A program made the position numbers and the translations under genes. From Candidatus Kuenenia stuttgartensis (GTDB taxonomy: Bacteria; Planctomycetota; Brocadiia; Brocadiales; Brocadiaceae), in contig NZ_LT934425.1 of assembly GCF_900232105.1 (NCBI RefSeq), positions 720,001 to 752,000 of the forward strand: DNA of 32,000 nucleotides, in the 5' to 3' direction. How positions within the stretch are numbered: position 1 is the stretch's first letter; the number at the start of each line of letters is the position of its first letter. Shown here in pieces: positions 9,440-19,133 of the stretch. The notes beneath the pieces were generated by a model. That model ran no database searches. It worked only from the letters and a program-made list of their open reading frames with translations, and was not told the origin of the DNA.

Positions 9440-9828
9440 ATTTTGCGGACAACGCTTTGCCCACTCTGCAATAGCAGCAAAGCTCCAAGCATTGCATATC
9501 TTTGTATATTATGTGCTTATGGAAAACTTTGACAGCGTCGTGTCTTGCGGGGCATAATCAAAGACGAAGGACCAATGACTAATACACTACTGCTCCCAAC
9601 TATCACAATTTATTGGTAAGTTACGACGACGCTAACGTTACTCCGCAACTGCCTGTAGCGGTGTATAAAATCCTTGTTTTTTGTAACTGTTGCAATTAGA
9701 ATTGCTTCTTTAATCCATTCTATTCAAAAGATTACGATTGTTTGGTCAAAATTTTCATTACAGAGAAATTTTACCGTGGAAAATAATTTTAGTAAAATCT
9801 GTTTTCAACCAGAGAAAGGCAAGATCGC

Positions 9829-11175
9829 ATGTCGGGTGAACATATTGATTTGGCAGTAATTAACCGGGCAAAAGACGATAAGGTAAAGCTTGTTCAGTTA
9901 CAATTTACCGATATTAACGGTAGTGTAAAGGCAGTTACCATACCAATTGAAAAGTTCCCGGAATCTTTGGAGAAAGGGTTGTGGTTTGACGGTTCATCAA
10001 TTGAAGGTTTTACAAGGATTTGTGAAAGTGATATGTTTTTAAAACCCGATGCAGGTACATATGCGTTGCTTCCCTGGGAGACGGTTGCTGTGACTGCGAG
10101 GCTGTTCTGTGATGTTTATATGCCTGATGGTTCGCCTTTTGAGGGAGATCCCCGTTACATATTAAAGAGGGCAATTAAAAATGCCCGTGATATGAATTTT
10201 GAATATAACGTGGGGCCTGAACTGGAATTTTTCCTGTTTAAACCGAAGAATGACGGGGCCGTTGCACCCACCCCACATGATGTAGGAAGTTATTTTGATT
10301 TCTCTCCCAGGGACCTTGCGGGGAATGTGAGGGCAGATATTATTTTTACTCTTGAAAAAATGGGTATCAATGTGGAGATGAGCCACCACGAAGTAGCTCC
10401 GGGCCAACATGAGATTGATTTTAAATATGCAGAAGCATTACGGACGGCTGAGAATGCCCTGACCTTCAAGCAGGTGGTAAAATCCATTGCACATAAGCAT
10501 GATCTCTATGCTACCTTTATGCCGAAACCGATTTTTGGGATATGTGGCAGCGGGATGCATTGTCATCAGAGCCTTTTTGATATAAGGACAAACACCAATA
10601 TTTTTTTTGATGAAAATGACACGTATAAATTAAGCAGGAACGCAAAACATTTTATTGCCGGGCAACTGGAGCATGTAAGGGCGATGAGCGCAATACTTTC
10701 TCCGACCGTGAATTCCTATAAGAGATTGGTTCCGGGATATGAAGCGCCGGTGTATATATGCTGGGGGCAAAAAAACAGATCTGCCCTCATCAGGGTGCCG
10801 AGGTATTCTCCCGGCAGGGAGCAGGCAACAAGGGCTGAACTGAGGTGTCCTGACCCAAGCAACAATCCCTATCTTGCTTTGGCAGTAATGCTGGAAGCAG
10901 GACTGGATGGTATAAAAAGAAAGCTTGAATTGCCAAAGGCAACAGAAGAAAATGTGTATGAATTTAATAAGGATGAACTGGCATACCGTAATATTGCAAC
11001 ATTGCCTGGTTCTTTGGGGGAGGCGTTGCATGAATTAAAACAGAGTGCGTTGATGAAGAGGGCGCTGGGTTCACATACTTATCAAATATATTTGCATTCA
11101 AAATTTTCCGAATGGGATGAATACAGGATTCAGGTAACGGAGTGGGAGCAGAAAAAATATCTTGAAACCACATAG
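9829..11175 (+). CDS. glnA: Type I glutamine synthetase
   Basis: 448 aa: LWFDGSSIEGF, GPELEFFLF, MEMSHHEVAPGQHEIDF-like, MPKPIFGICGSGMHCHQSLF, NSYKRLVPGYEAPVYICWGQKNRSALIRVPR. Confidence 0.97.
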   Translation: MSGEHIDLAVINRAKDDKVKLVQLQFTDINGSVKAVTIPIEKFPESLEKGLWFDGSSIEGFTRICESDMFLKPDAGTYALLPWETVAVTARLFCDVYMPDGSPFEGDPRYILKRAIKNARDMNFEYNVGPELEFFLFKPKNDGAVAPTPHDVGSYFDFSPRDLAGNVRADIIFTLEKMGINVEMSHHEVAPGQHEIDFKYAEALRTAENALTFKQVVKSIAHKHDLYATFMPKPIFGICGSGMHCHQSLFDIRTNTNIFFDENDTYKLSRNAKHFIAGQLEHVRAMSAILSPTVNSYKRLVPGYEAPVYICWGQKNRSALIRVPRYSPGREQATRAELRCPDPSNNPYLALAVMLEAGLDGIKRKLELPKATEENVYEFNKDELAYRNIATLPGSLGEALHELKQSALMKRALGSHTYQIYLHSKFSEWDEYRIQVTEWEQKKYLETT

Positions 11176-11430
11176 TTCTCCCTGACCACGGGTATCTAAA
11201 ATCAATTAATTGCGAGTGGATAAAAACCATACCATGAATGAGATCGGTTACAATATTGCCTTTGCAGAAAGTATGGGTTCCGGCGGGCATATCGGCTTTG
11301 TAAAATATTTTCTAAAAAGAGGGCAGGCTTTCGGCATGTGAAATTGTTGGCTATGAGCGAAGGACTCAGAAACGAATTGTATTAATCCGACAAGTTTCTT
11401 GATGTTATCATTTCGGCAAACCGGGAAGCC

Positions 11431-11961
11431 TTGTCGTTAAAAATGGATTTGTGGCGCAGGATTTATAAGTACAGGCCCGTACAATGCATGGATTATCCTG
11501 ATTGTGCCGGAGCCGCTTCCGGGCAGGAAATAACAGGACTATGCATTTATAACGAATATAATACTTCAGGCGCTTATCAGCAGTTGGTCTATAAGCGTGA
11601 ATGGAAGGCATTTCTCGCAATCAGGGATGATTTGACCGCTTTGCGCGGAATATTCTCAGGCAATGAAGTTTCAGCCACAAGGGAAATATTGCTAAATGCA
11701 AAGGGAGTTTGTCTTGCGGAGATATCCGTAGAATCGGAGAAACAGGATTTTATCCTGATTCCTCTACCGAAACGAACAGAAAATATTTTATATTTATCCG
11801 AAAAACACCAGCCTATTACTACGATAAAAGACGCTTACAGGAGATGGGATGAGAAGATAAAAGGGAATCTTCAGTACCATTATGGAACGGAGTGGAATAA
11901 AAAATTGGAAGAGGCTATTAGAATGGAGGGAAAAGATGTTAGTAAAGGAAATAATGAGTAA
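11431..11961 (+). CDS. Hypothetical protein (start uncertain)
   Basis: Open frame of 176 aa, overlapping the start of the downstream CBS ORF. No family recognised. Confidence 0.55.
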   Translation: MSLKMDLWRRIYKYRPVQCMDYPDCAGAASGQEITGLCIYNEYNTSGAYQQLVYKREWKAFLAIRDDLTALRGIFSGNEVSATREILLNAKGVCLAEISVESEKQDFILIPLPKRTENILYLSEKHQPITTIKDAYRRWDEKIKGNLQYHYGTEWNKKLEEAIRMEGKDVSKGNNE

Positions 11962-12352
11962 ACAGTTGGTCACCCTTAATGCCGATTCAAAGCTTGGCTT
12001 TGCCGAAGATATTATGTATTTGGGGAGAATCAGGCATTTGCCGGTAGTAAATGGAAAAGAAATAGTGGGTATTTTGACGCAAAGAGATCTTTACAAGGCG
12101 TCGCTGACTTCCATTGTTACGAATTGGGAAGAAAATAAGACTTTTCTTGATTCTGTTAAAGTTGCGGAGGTAATGACAAAAGACGTCATTACCATTTCTC
12201 CGAACACTTCAATTGAAGATGCTGCACAGATTATGATTGATAAAAAGGTTGGCTGTTTGCCGGTGGTTGAAGATAAAAATACTCTTCTTGGCTTGATAAC
12301 AGAAACGGATGTATTGCAGTATTTTGTTCATGAATGCAGAAAAAACAGATAA
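11882..12352 (+). CDS. CBS-domain pair protein
   Basis: VKEIMSKQLVTLNADSKLGFAEDIMYLGRIRHLPVVNGKEIVGILTQRDLY ... VAEVMTKDVITISPNTSIEDAAQIMIDKKVGCLPVVEDKNTLLGLITETDVL. The real start may be MVKEIMS about 11937. Confidence 0.9.
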   Translation: MERSGIKNWKRLLEWREKMLVKEIMSKQLVTLNADSKLGFAEDIMYLGRIRHLPVVNGKEIVGILTQRDLYKASLTSIVTNWEENKTFLDSVKVAEVMTKDVITISPNTSIEDAAQIMIDKKVGCLPVVEDKNTLLGLITETDVLQYFVHECRKNR

Positions 12353-12422
12353 CCGTTTTGTTTTTTAAAGAGTTCATGCAAATTAACCTGTCTTTTTTGC
12401 AGATCCGGAAAATATTGCCAGT

Positions 12423-13253
12423 ATGATTTCAAGAAGAACATTTATAAAAGGAGCCGGCGGATGTGTACTGGGTATGGTATCCGTAGGGGGTTATAGCCAT
12501 TTTTTAGAGCCCCGGTGGGTAGAAATAAACAACGTTACCATAAAGCTTGAAGATTTACCGACTAAATTTGAAGGTTTAAGAATAGCGCAACTTTCAGATA
12601 TCCATCATTGTGAATATGTATCAAAGGATTTTATACGGAATTGCGTCCACAAGACTAATGCGTTATGTCCTGATGTAATAGTCCTGACTGGAGATTATGT
12701 TTTTGGCAGCAACGATTATCTTTCTTCGGTGGCAAAAGAATTATCTGAATTGAAGGCAAAAGAGGGAGTTTTCGCTATCCTTGGAAATCATGATGATAAG
12801 GGAAGCACCTATGATGAATTGCAGAGAAATGGCATTCGCTTACTCATAAATGAGCATATTGTTTTATATAGGGACAACGCGTATATATTTATTGCGGGCA
12901 TAGATGATCTCTGGAAGGGCGAAATAGATATTAAAAAAACCCTGAAAGGAATGGATGAGAATCCAAAGATTTTACTGGCACATAATCCGGACGTGATTGA
13001 AACAATCCAGTATGAGGATGTCGATTTTGTTATATCCGGACATACTCACGGGGGGCAAGTGTGTTTCCCCTTTTATGGACCTCCTATCGTGTACTCAAAA
13101 TTTGGGGCTCGTTATGCTGCGGGTCTCTTTCGTGAAAGAAATACGTTAATGTATGTAAACAGAGGCATAGGCGTATCTAATTTGCCGGTACGGTTTTTTG
13201 CAAGGCCTGAAATCACGCTGTTCACCATAAGAAATGGTTTGCAACAGGTGTAG
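12423..13253 (+). CDS. Metallophosphoesterase with Tat-type N-terminus
   Basis: MISRRTFIKGAGGCVLG twin-arginine leader; metallophosphatase motifs ISDIHH, LTGDYVFG, GNHDDKG and SGHTHGGQVCFP. Confidence 0.92.
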   Translation: MISRRTFIKGAGGCVLGMVSVGGYSHFLEPRWVEINNVTIKLEDLPTKFEGLRIAQLSDIHHCEYVSKDFIRNCVHKTNALCPDVIVLTGDYVFGSNDYLSSVAKELSELKAKEGVFAILGNHDDKGSTYDELQRNGIRLLINEHIVLYRDNAYIFIAGIDDLWKGEIDIKKTLKGMDENPKILLAHNPDVIETIQYEDVDFVISGHTHGGQVCFPFYGPPIVYSKFGARYAAGLFRERNTLMYVNRGIGVSNLPVRFFARPEITLFTIRNGLQQV

Positions 13254-13398
13254 TTCTTTCTTCTTCCTTTAGTACTTTATCAGTAATTTCTTTGCATTTT
13301 TTGTCATTAGAATTTGTTTCGTATTTCGAATTTCGTGCTTATTTGTTGCTTGGTTCTGGCTATGCCAGCTTAGGTATTATTTTTAAAATGTGCAATTA

Positions 13399-13662
13399 TT
13401 ATTTGCCCCTGTATTTATATAAAAAGCGCAAAGAGAAAATAGTACTCACAAAAGAAAGAGTAAATCCATTGGCAAGCACAATGATTATATCTCTTAAATG
13501 TAACCCGTAAACTAACCACATACTGCAGCCGAGTAGTAAAAGGGATAACATTATCGGGGAAACATCATTTAATTCCTTTGTCCTTATCCCACGAATGATT
13601 TGCGGGATAAAACCTACTGTAGTACACAATGCCGCAATTGTTCCTATTATAGACCATCCCAT
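13399..13662 (-). CDS. SemiSWEET / MtN3-family small transporter
   Basis: 87 aa with three predicted TM segments: IGTIAALCTTVGFIPQIIRGIRTKELNDVSPIMLSLLLLGCSMWLVYGL. Confidence 0.85.
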   Translation of the reverse strand: MGWSIIGTIAALCTTVGFIPQIIRGIRTKELNDVSPIMLSLLLLGCSMWLVYGLHLRDIIIVLANGFTLSFVSTIFSLRFLYKYRGK

Positions 13663-13829
13663 ATATATTTCCCCGGTTATTTTGTTATTATCAAAAATAT
13701 AGTATTAATTGTTTAAAGCATACCAAAAAGAATTGCAAAAAGTAAGATCAAACGCTATATTTAACGACTTAACGGGCAGTAAGGAAAGGGGGAAAATAAT
13801 CAAGGGAAAAGGGAAAGATAAAAGATAAA

Positions 13830-14864
13830 ATGGGCGGAATAAGAAACATGATAAAAACATTACACCCGGCTTACTTTGTGTTTATCATGTCAACAGGCAT
13901 TATATCGATAGCGTCAAATATGTTGGGAATAACGCCGGTAGCACAGGGGTTGTTTTATTTAAACATTGTGGCATATGCGGTTATATTGACGATCCAGATA
14001 CTGAGGATAATAATGTACTGGAGTTTGCTGTACTCAGACATATCAAATCCGAAACTTGGACTGGTTTATTTTGCGATAGTAGCAGGAACCAACGTGCTTG
14101 GGGCGCAGTTTGTAACCGTAGTTAACTGCCAGTGCGTTGCCAAGTCATTGTGGTTTTTTGGAATATTTCTGTGGGTGGTGCTCACCTTATCGACATTCAC
14201 CTTGTTATTTTTAAAAAACGAACAGCAGATAGAGCGCACAATACACGGGGGGTGGTTAGTATCGGTGGTAGGCACACAGTCGGTTGCGGTGCTTGGTGCG
14301 TTATTATCGCCGTGTTTTGCGGAGACCTCAAACTTTATCCTGTTTTCCTCGATGGTGTGGTGGATGATAGGATGTTTCTTATACGTGGTGATTATAACGT
14401 TAATAACTTATAGGTTAATATTTTTCAAGATAGCACCGGAGGTGTTGGTGCCTCCGTACTGGATCAACACGGGAGCTGTAGCGATAACAACACTTGCAGG
14501 GGCGACAATAAGCTTAAGCATCCCGAAGATAGAAGATCCGTTTTTAGATATTGATGGATTTATCAAGGGATTTTCTGTGTTCTTCTGGTCTTTTGGAACG
14601 TGGTGGATTCCGCTGCTGGTAATAATCGGGATATGGAAATACGTGTATCACATGACGCCGTATAAGTATAATCCGCTGTACTGGGGTCTGGCGTTTCCGT
14701 TGGGAACGTATACGGCAGGTACACTAAAGCTGGCAGAGGCGCTGGGGATAGGATATATATCAAACATATCAAAGGTATTTATCTACATAGCGTATATTGC
14801 CTGGCTGATAGTGTTCGTGACTATGATTCGTTCTTTTCTTAAACCAGCTCTGGCAAAGCAATAA
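13830..14864 (+). CDS. TDT/SLAC1-family (TehA-like) membrane transporter
   Basis: 344 aa multi-TM: LHPAYFVFIMSTGIISIAS... with repeated hydrophobic helices, C4-dicarboxylate/malate (TDT) transporter-like. Confidence 0.75.
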   Translation: MGGIRNMIKTLHPAYFVFIMSTGIISIASNMLGITPVAQGLFYLNIVAYAVILTIQILRIIMYWSLLYSDISNPKLGLVYFAIVAGTNVLGAQFVTVVNCQCVAKSLWFFGIFLWVVLTLSTFTLLFLKNEQQIERTIHGGWLVSVVGTQSVAVLGALLSPCFAETSNFILFSSMVWWMIGCFLYVVIITLITYRLIFFKIAPEVLVPPYWINTGAVAITTLAGATISLSIPKIEDPFLDIDGFIKGFSVFFWSFGTWWIPLLVIIGIWKYVYHMTPYKYNPLYWGLAFPLGTYTAGTLKLAEALGIGYISNISKVFIYIAYIAWLIVFVTMIRSFLKPALAKQ

Positions 14865-14948
14865 CGCAATGTCAGTTTCCAGGAATCTTTTAGCGAACCA
14901 TACGATACTTTTTTTGTAACAATTTAGTTTTTTGGAAAAGTAGAAACG

Positions 14949-15105
14949 CTAGTATAGCGTTTCATTAAAATATCTATATTGATACCGTCATTGCGAGCGA
15001 CAGCGAAGCAATCTTAAGTCTTTTGGGAACAAGAGATTGCTTCGTCGCTACACTCCTCGCAATGACATTTTTTTACGTACACATTTTAACGAAACGATGT
15101 ACTAG
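14949..15105. repeat. 157-bp MITE-like inverted-repeat element
   Basis: Terminal 23-bp inverted repeat CTAGTATAGCGTTTCATTAAAAT (14949-14971) / ATTTTAACGAAACGATGTACTAG (15083-15105), 20/23. Internal CGTCATTGCGAGCGACAGCGAAGCAATCT...AGATTGCTTCGTCGCTACACTCCTCGCAATGAC hairpin. Confidence 0.8.
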
Positions 15106-15130
15106 TTCCCAAGCTCCGGCTTGGGAACTA
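15103..15130. repeat. Perfect 12-bp-arm hairpin TAGTTCCCAAGC-TCCG-GCTTGGGAACTA
   Basis: Direct inspection. Confidence 0.85.
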
Positions 15131-15313
15131 TACTGTAAGAGTTCACAAATAGGGATTTCTAAAATTAGATTTAACTTTTGTTGACATAAATAGTTATAGT
15201 ATTTTTGAAATCACACTTTGTGAACCCCTTGAGTATAGCAGTTTTTCCCATTTCATAGCACTAAAGTATTATAAATTTCATCTCTTTCATCTCTAAGATA
15301 AAATCCTTACGTT

Positions 15314-16303
15314 ATGTTGAATGGCTTAACAGAAAAACAGCCCCTGTCTGACATAGATTATGCAAAAAAAGTATTATTACTCGAGTCAGAAGCAATAAAA
15401 AATCAGATTCATCGTATTGACCATCATTTTCAAAAAGCCGTAGACGTCATATTTACGTGTTCCGGCAGGGTCGCAGTTACCGGGGTTGGAAAGGCTGGCA
15501 TTATTGGACAGAAGATTTCGGCCACTTTGGCGAGCACTGGCACGCCTTCCTATTGGATACATTCTTCCGAAGCCAGGCATGGCGACCTTGGTAAAATTGT
15601 TGCCAGCGACATTGTACTTGCGTTGTCAAACAGCGGCGAAACAGAGGTGGTGTTGCTTTTGCCATTTTTGAAACAAATGGGAACAAAGATAATCTCCGTT
15701 ACGGGCAATAATAAATCTTCCCTGGCGCTGCATAGCGATGTCGTTCTTGATATTGGAAATGTTGAAGAAGCCTGCCCTTTAGGCATTGCGCCTTCTTCGA
15801 GCACAACGGCGATGCTTGCCATTGGAGATGCCATTGCGTTAACGATATTTAAAAAGAGGAATCTTAGCAAAGAAGAGTATGCCTTCTATCATCCTGGCGG
15901 AGAACTTGGAAGAAAATTACTGCCGGTTGAAGTTGTTATGCGCAAAGGCAGGGAAAATCCTGTAGCGGATGAAGATATGCCTCTGCTGGATGTCCTTGGC
16001 ATTATGACGGAAACAAAAGGTAACCCGGGAGCAGTGAGTATTGTTGATAAAAATAACCGGTTGACGGGGTTTTTTACGGACGGGGATTTGAGAAGGCTTT
16101 TAAGGGAAGGAACGTCATTTTTATGCAAGACAATAAAAGAGGTTATGACCCCCTTTCCCAAGGTAATCAATAATCGTTGTTTAGTTGAAGAGGCATATAA
16201 AATACTGAGAGAAAACAAAATTGACCAAATTCCTGTGGTTAACGATTTCCATACACCTGTCGGCATATTTGATGTGCAGGATTTATTGGAGGTTAGATTT
16301 TAA
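15314..16303 (+). CDS. kdsD: Arabinose-5-phosphate isomerase (KpsF/GutQ family; SIS plus CBS domains)
   Basis: RVAVTGVGKAGIIGQKISATLASTGTPSYWIHSSEARHGDLGKI...LALSNSGETEVVLLLPFLK...FYHPGGELGRKLLP...CBS pair. Confidence 0.95.
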   Translation: MLNGLTEKQPLSDIDYAKKVLLLESEAIKNQIHRIDHHFQKAVDVIFTCSGRVAVTGVGKAGIIGQKISATLASTGTPSYWIHSSEARHGDLGKIVASDIVLALSNSGETEVVLLLPFLKQMGTKIISVTGNNKSSLALHSDVVLDIGNVEEACPLGIAPSSSTTAMLAIGDAIALTIFKKRNLSKEEYAFYHPGGELGRKLLPVEVVMRKGRENPVADEDMPLLDVLGIMTETKGNPGAVSIVDKNNRLTGFFTDGDLRRLLREGTSFLCKTIKEVMTPFPKVINNRCLVEEAYKILRENKIDQIPVVNDFHTPVGIFDVQDLLEVRF

Positions 16304-16308
16304 ATACG

Positions 16309-16833
16309 ATGAAAAAGATAAAACTTGTTATTATCGATGTTGATGGTGTTTTAACAGATGGCTCGATCTTTATTGATAGTGAAGGGCGGGAAGCAAAGGC
16401 TTTTAACGTGTTGGACGGCACGGGTATCTCTTATCTTCATCGTGTCAATATTAAAACGGCAATAATTAGCGGAAGAACGAGCAAAGCGGTAGATCACCGG
16501 GCAAAAGAATTGAATATCGCAGAGGTGCATCAGGGAATCAAAAATAAACTGGACGTATATAATGATATCCTTGGGAAATATTCGCTTAAAGATGAAGAAG
16601 TGTGTTATATTGGCGATGACCTCATAGACCTACCCATATTTTACCGCGTCGGTTTTCCCGTTGCGGTTGCCAATGCCATGCCTGTCGTAAAACAATATTC
16701 TTCTTACGTTACAAAAGCCAAAGGCGGATGTGGCGCTGTAAGAGAAATTGCCGAGAAGATAATTAAATTTCAAGAGAAATGGCATATAATCATGGATCGA
16801 TATCAGAAGAATCGTAACACTTTAGTTTTTTGA
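16309..16833 (+). CDS. kdsC: 3-deoxy-D-manno-octulosonate 8-phosphate phosphatase
   Basis: HAD motifs LVIIDVDGVLTDGSIF, TAIISGRTSKAV, CYIGDDLIDLPI. Immediately downstream of kdsD. Confidence 0.94.
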   Translation: MKKIKLVIIDVDGVLTDGSIFIDSEGREAKAFNVLDGTGISYLHRVNIKTAIISGRTSKAVDHRAKELNIAEVHQGIKNKLDVYNDILGKYSLKDEEVCYIGDDLIDLPIFYRVGFPVAVANAMPVVKQYSSYVTKAKGGCGAVREIAEKIIKFQEKWHIIMDRYQKNRNTLVF

Positions 16834-17027
16834 AAAAAATTTACCACGCATCTATAGTACAGTATGCGTGGTAAAAGGAATGCTTCTTTATAACACTCCC
16901 CTCCCCAGGCCCCTCTATAAAGAGGGGATTTAGGGGTGTGTTTAATAATCATGTATATACCTTTCTTTTTGTAAACACCGGAATCCTTGATTTTATTGAG
17001 TGTTTTCAAAAAGCTAAAGTGTTACGA
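16812..17027. repeat. 216-bp MITE-like element with 25-bp terminal inverted repeats and nested hairpin
   Basis: TCGTAACACTTTAGTTTTTTGAAAA (16812-16836) vs TTTTCAAAAAGCTAAAGTGTTACGA (17003-17027), 24/25. Internal CCCCTCT/AGAGGGG (16910-16916/16921-16927) within an extended ACACTCC...AGGGGTGT fold (16893-16939). Confidence 0.85.
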
Positions 17028-17138
17028 ATAATCAGATATAAATATTGAAAATTTCTTTTTTCATACCAGCCCTGCATAATTAATGTTTGTAACAAATAAA
17101 GCACTTCAGAAGTGAGACTTTTTGTTTTCCTGTAAATA

Positions 17139-19133
17139 ATGACTACGCGAAGATATATATTTTTAAGCATACCCATCATTTGTTTCATTACGATAATCAT
17201 TTCAGTTATTCTCTCAAAGCCTAAATCAAAAAGTCCTGTCGAAAAACCAGGAGAAAGCATTGTTTCGTCAGAAAATTCTCTAAAGAATAAGCGAATAATA
17301 GACGACATACGAAAATCCGAGAAGATCACTCAAACGGTTGACGGTCTTTTTCTCCCCAACTACGATAAGGAAGGAAATGAGACGTACACAATGAGAGGGA
17401 AAAATACCTTTTTGCTGGAGAACGACAAATATAAAATAATTGAACCGGAAATTGAATTAATGGATGATGAAGATCCGGGGGACGAAGCGAAAAGGGTGAT
17501 AATTACATCGGACATTGGAGAGATGGATAAGATTTCAAATGAGGGGTACCTTTCCGATAACGTTGTAGTTCATCTGGATAAGGAAACCAGGTTGTATACC
17601 GAAAACATGCAGTACTCTCCCGGGAATAAGTCCGTACATACGGATGAGTTTGTCACTATCACCGGAACAGGGCTTGTAATCACCGGCAAGGGTTGCGAGG
17701 TGGATCTTGCCAACAGAAAGATGTGGATTATAAAAGATGCGGAAATGGAAATGGATGGTGTGAAAAATGATCTCTTTTTCATGTATGAAGAAGGCTTAGG
17801 ACAAGGCCATGTACCGGAAGCACCGGATATGGGGAAAACGGTTGAAGATGAAAAGACTGAAGAAAAAACAATCATTCGTTCCAACGGTCCGCTTGTGTTT
17901 GATAGGGATGCTGATTTCCATGTCATGACATTCAACGACAATGTTGAAGCCGCGAAGGGCAGCACTACCGTTTTCTCAGACAAGCTTGTTATTTTTCTTG
18001 ATGCAGAAACAAAAGTAACGAAACAGGCGATTGCAAGCGGAAATGTTCTTGCTTCGCAGGGATCAAAAATTGCCAAAGGAGACACACTTTCCTGGGATGC
18101 CAATACGCAAAGCGCAATTCTTGAAGATGCAAAGAAGGCAGAATTTATACGAGATGATCTCAGTATATACGCCGCCAAAATGATTTTTTATAAAAATGCA
18201 AACAAAATAGACGTTCCGTGTGCCGGCAGCTTGAGAATAAAACCCAATGAGAAAAACATTCCGGAGAAAAAAACTGCGGATGCAGATGCAAAGTATGAAA
18301 TGATTAATGTGAAATGGGAAGGGAAAATGAATTACATGGGGGATGCAAGGGAAGCCATCTTCGAGGAAAATATTGAAGTACGGAGAGATGATTCCCTTCT
18401 CCGGTGTGATTATTTGTACGTAACGTTTAACGACAATAACTATGACCTGAAATCATTTGACGCAAAGGATAAGGTTCATATTGTTGATAAAAAAGGCGGT
18501 TTATGGAACGAGGCGGTTGGTGATCAGGTTGCATGGGATGCACAAAGTAACGCAACCGTTTTATATGGGACCCCTTTTGCTATTCTCAGGGAAGGAAATA
18601 CAAGGCAGATTATTTCCCCCAAGGTTACTTTCTTCGAAAATGAGGAAAAAATCCTGTGTGAGGGAAAGGGGAGTTTATATGAAATCGGAAAGGGAATGAA
18701 TCGCACCGAAGAAACGGACAAAACAGGCATTAAAGTTACCTGGCTAAAAAAAATGGAGTATGATAGTGTTATAAAAAAGGCAGGATTTTTTGAAGAGGTT
18801 CTGGTTTCTCAAAGCGGACAAAGGCTGAGCGGAGACCAAATTGATGCATATATGGGAGCAAACGGAGAGATTTCAAAAATTATTACCGCCGGCAACGTTT
18901 ATTTTTATAGCGAGGATTTAGGAGGGAGCGAGGGGTTCGGCACATTTTTTACCTGGGATTTACCGAAAAACATGGGAGTGCTGACTGGCAGCCCGAAGGC
19001 GGAATTAAGAAAAGAAGGTTCGAGGACTTTTTCTGAAAAGGTTTACTTCAATATGGCAGAAGGCAGGATAACGTGGGAAGGCAGACCTCACTGGCAACTT
19101 ATCAGTAAAGAAGCTGGCAATGCGGATAAATAA
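17139..19133 (+). CDS. Large LptC/OstA-like LPS export family protein (664 aa)
   Basis: N-terminal TM anchor RYIFLSIPIICFITIIISVIL. Repeated OstA-like motifs such as EGYLSDNVVVHLDKETRLYTENMQYSPGNKSVHTDEFVTITGTGLVITGKGCEVDLANRKMWI and TFNDNVEAAKGSTTVFSDKLVIFL...ASGNVLASQGSKIAKGDTLSW. Confidence 0.78.
   Translation: MTTRRYIFLSIPIICFITIIISVILSKPKSKSPVEKPGESIVSSENSLKNKRIIDDIRKSEKITQTVDGLFLPNYDKEGNETYTMRGKNTFLLENDKYKIIEPEIELMDDEDPGDEAKRVIITSDIGEMDKISNEGYLSDNVVVHLDKETRLYTENMQYSPGNKSVHTDEFVTITGTGLVITGKGCEVDLANRKMWIIKDAEMEMDGVKNDLFFMYEEGLGQGHVPEAPDMGKTVEDEKTEEKTIIRSNGPLVFDRDADFHVMTFNDNVEAAKGSTTVFSDKLVIFLDAETKVTKQAIASGNVLASQGSKIAKGDTLSWDANTQSAILEDAKKAEFIRDDLSIYAAKMIFYKNANKIDVPCAGSLRIKPNEKNIPEKKTADADAKYEMINVKWEGKMNYMGDAREAIFEENIEVRRDDSLLRCDYLYVTFNDNNYDLKSFDAKDKVHIVDKKGGLWNEAVGDQVAWDAQSNATVLYGTPFAILREGNTRQIISPKVTFFENEEKILCEGKGSLYEIGKGMNRTEETDKTGIKVTWLKKMEYDSVIKKAGFFEEVLVSQSGQRLSGDQIDAYMGANGEISKIITAGNVYFYSEDLGGSEGFGTFFTWDLPKNMGVLTGSPKAELRKEGSRTFSEKVYFNMAEGRITWEGRPHWQLISKEAGNADK

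Noticed and set aside
11187-11430. Possible short coding remnants between glnA and the 11431 ORF
   Set aside because: Short fragments such as MNEIGYNIAFAESMGSGGHIGFVKYFLKRG are open, but with no recognised family or clear continuity.
13276-13300. Short shared string TTATCAGTAATTTCTTTG also near 21420
   Set aside because: About 18-19 bp in AT-rich intergenic DNA, with no structure or extended similarity; too weak to call a repeat family.
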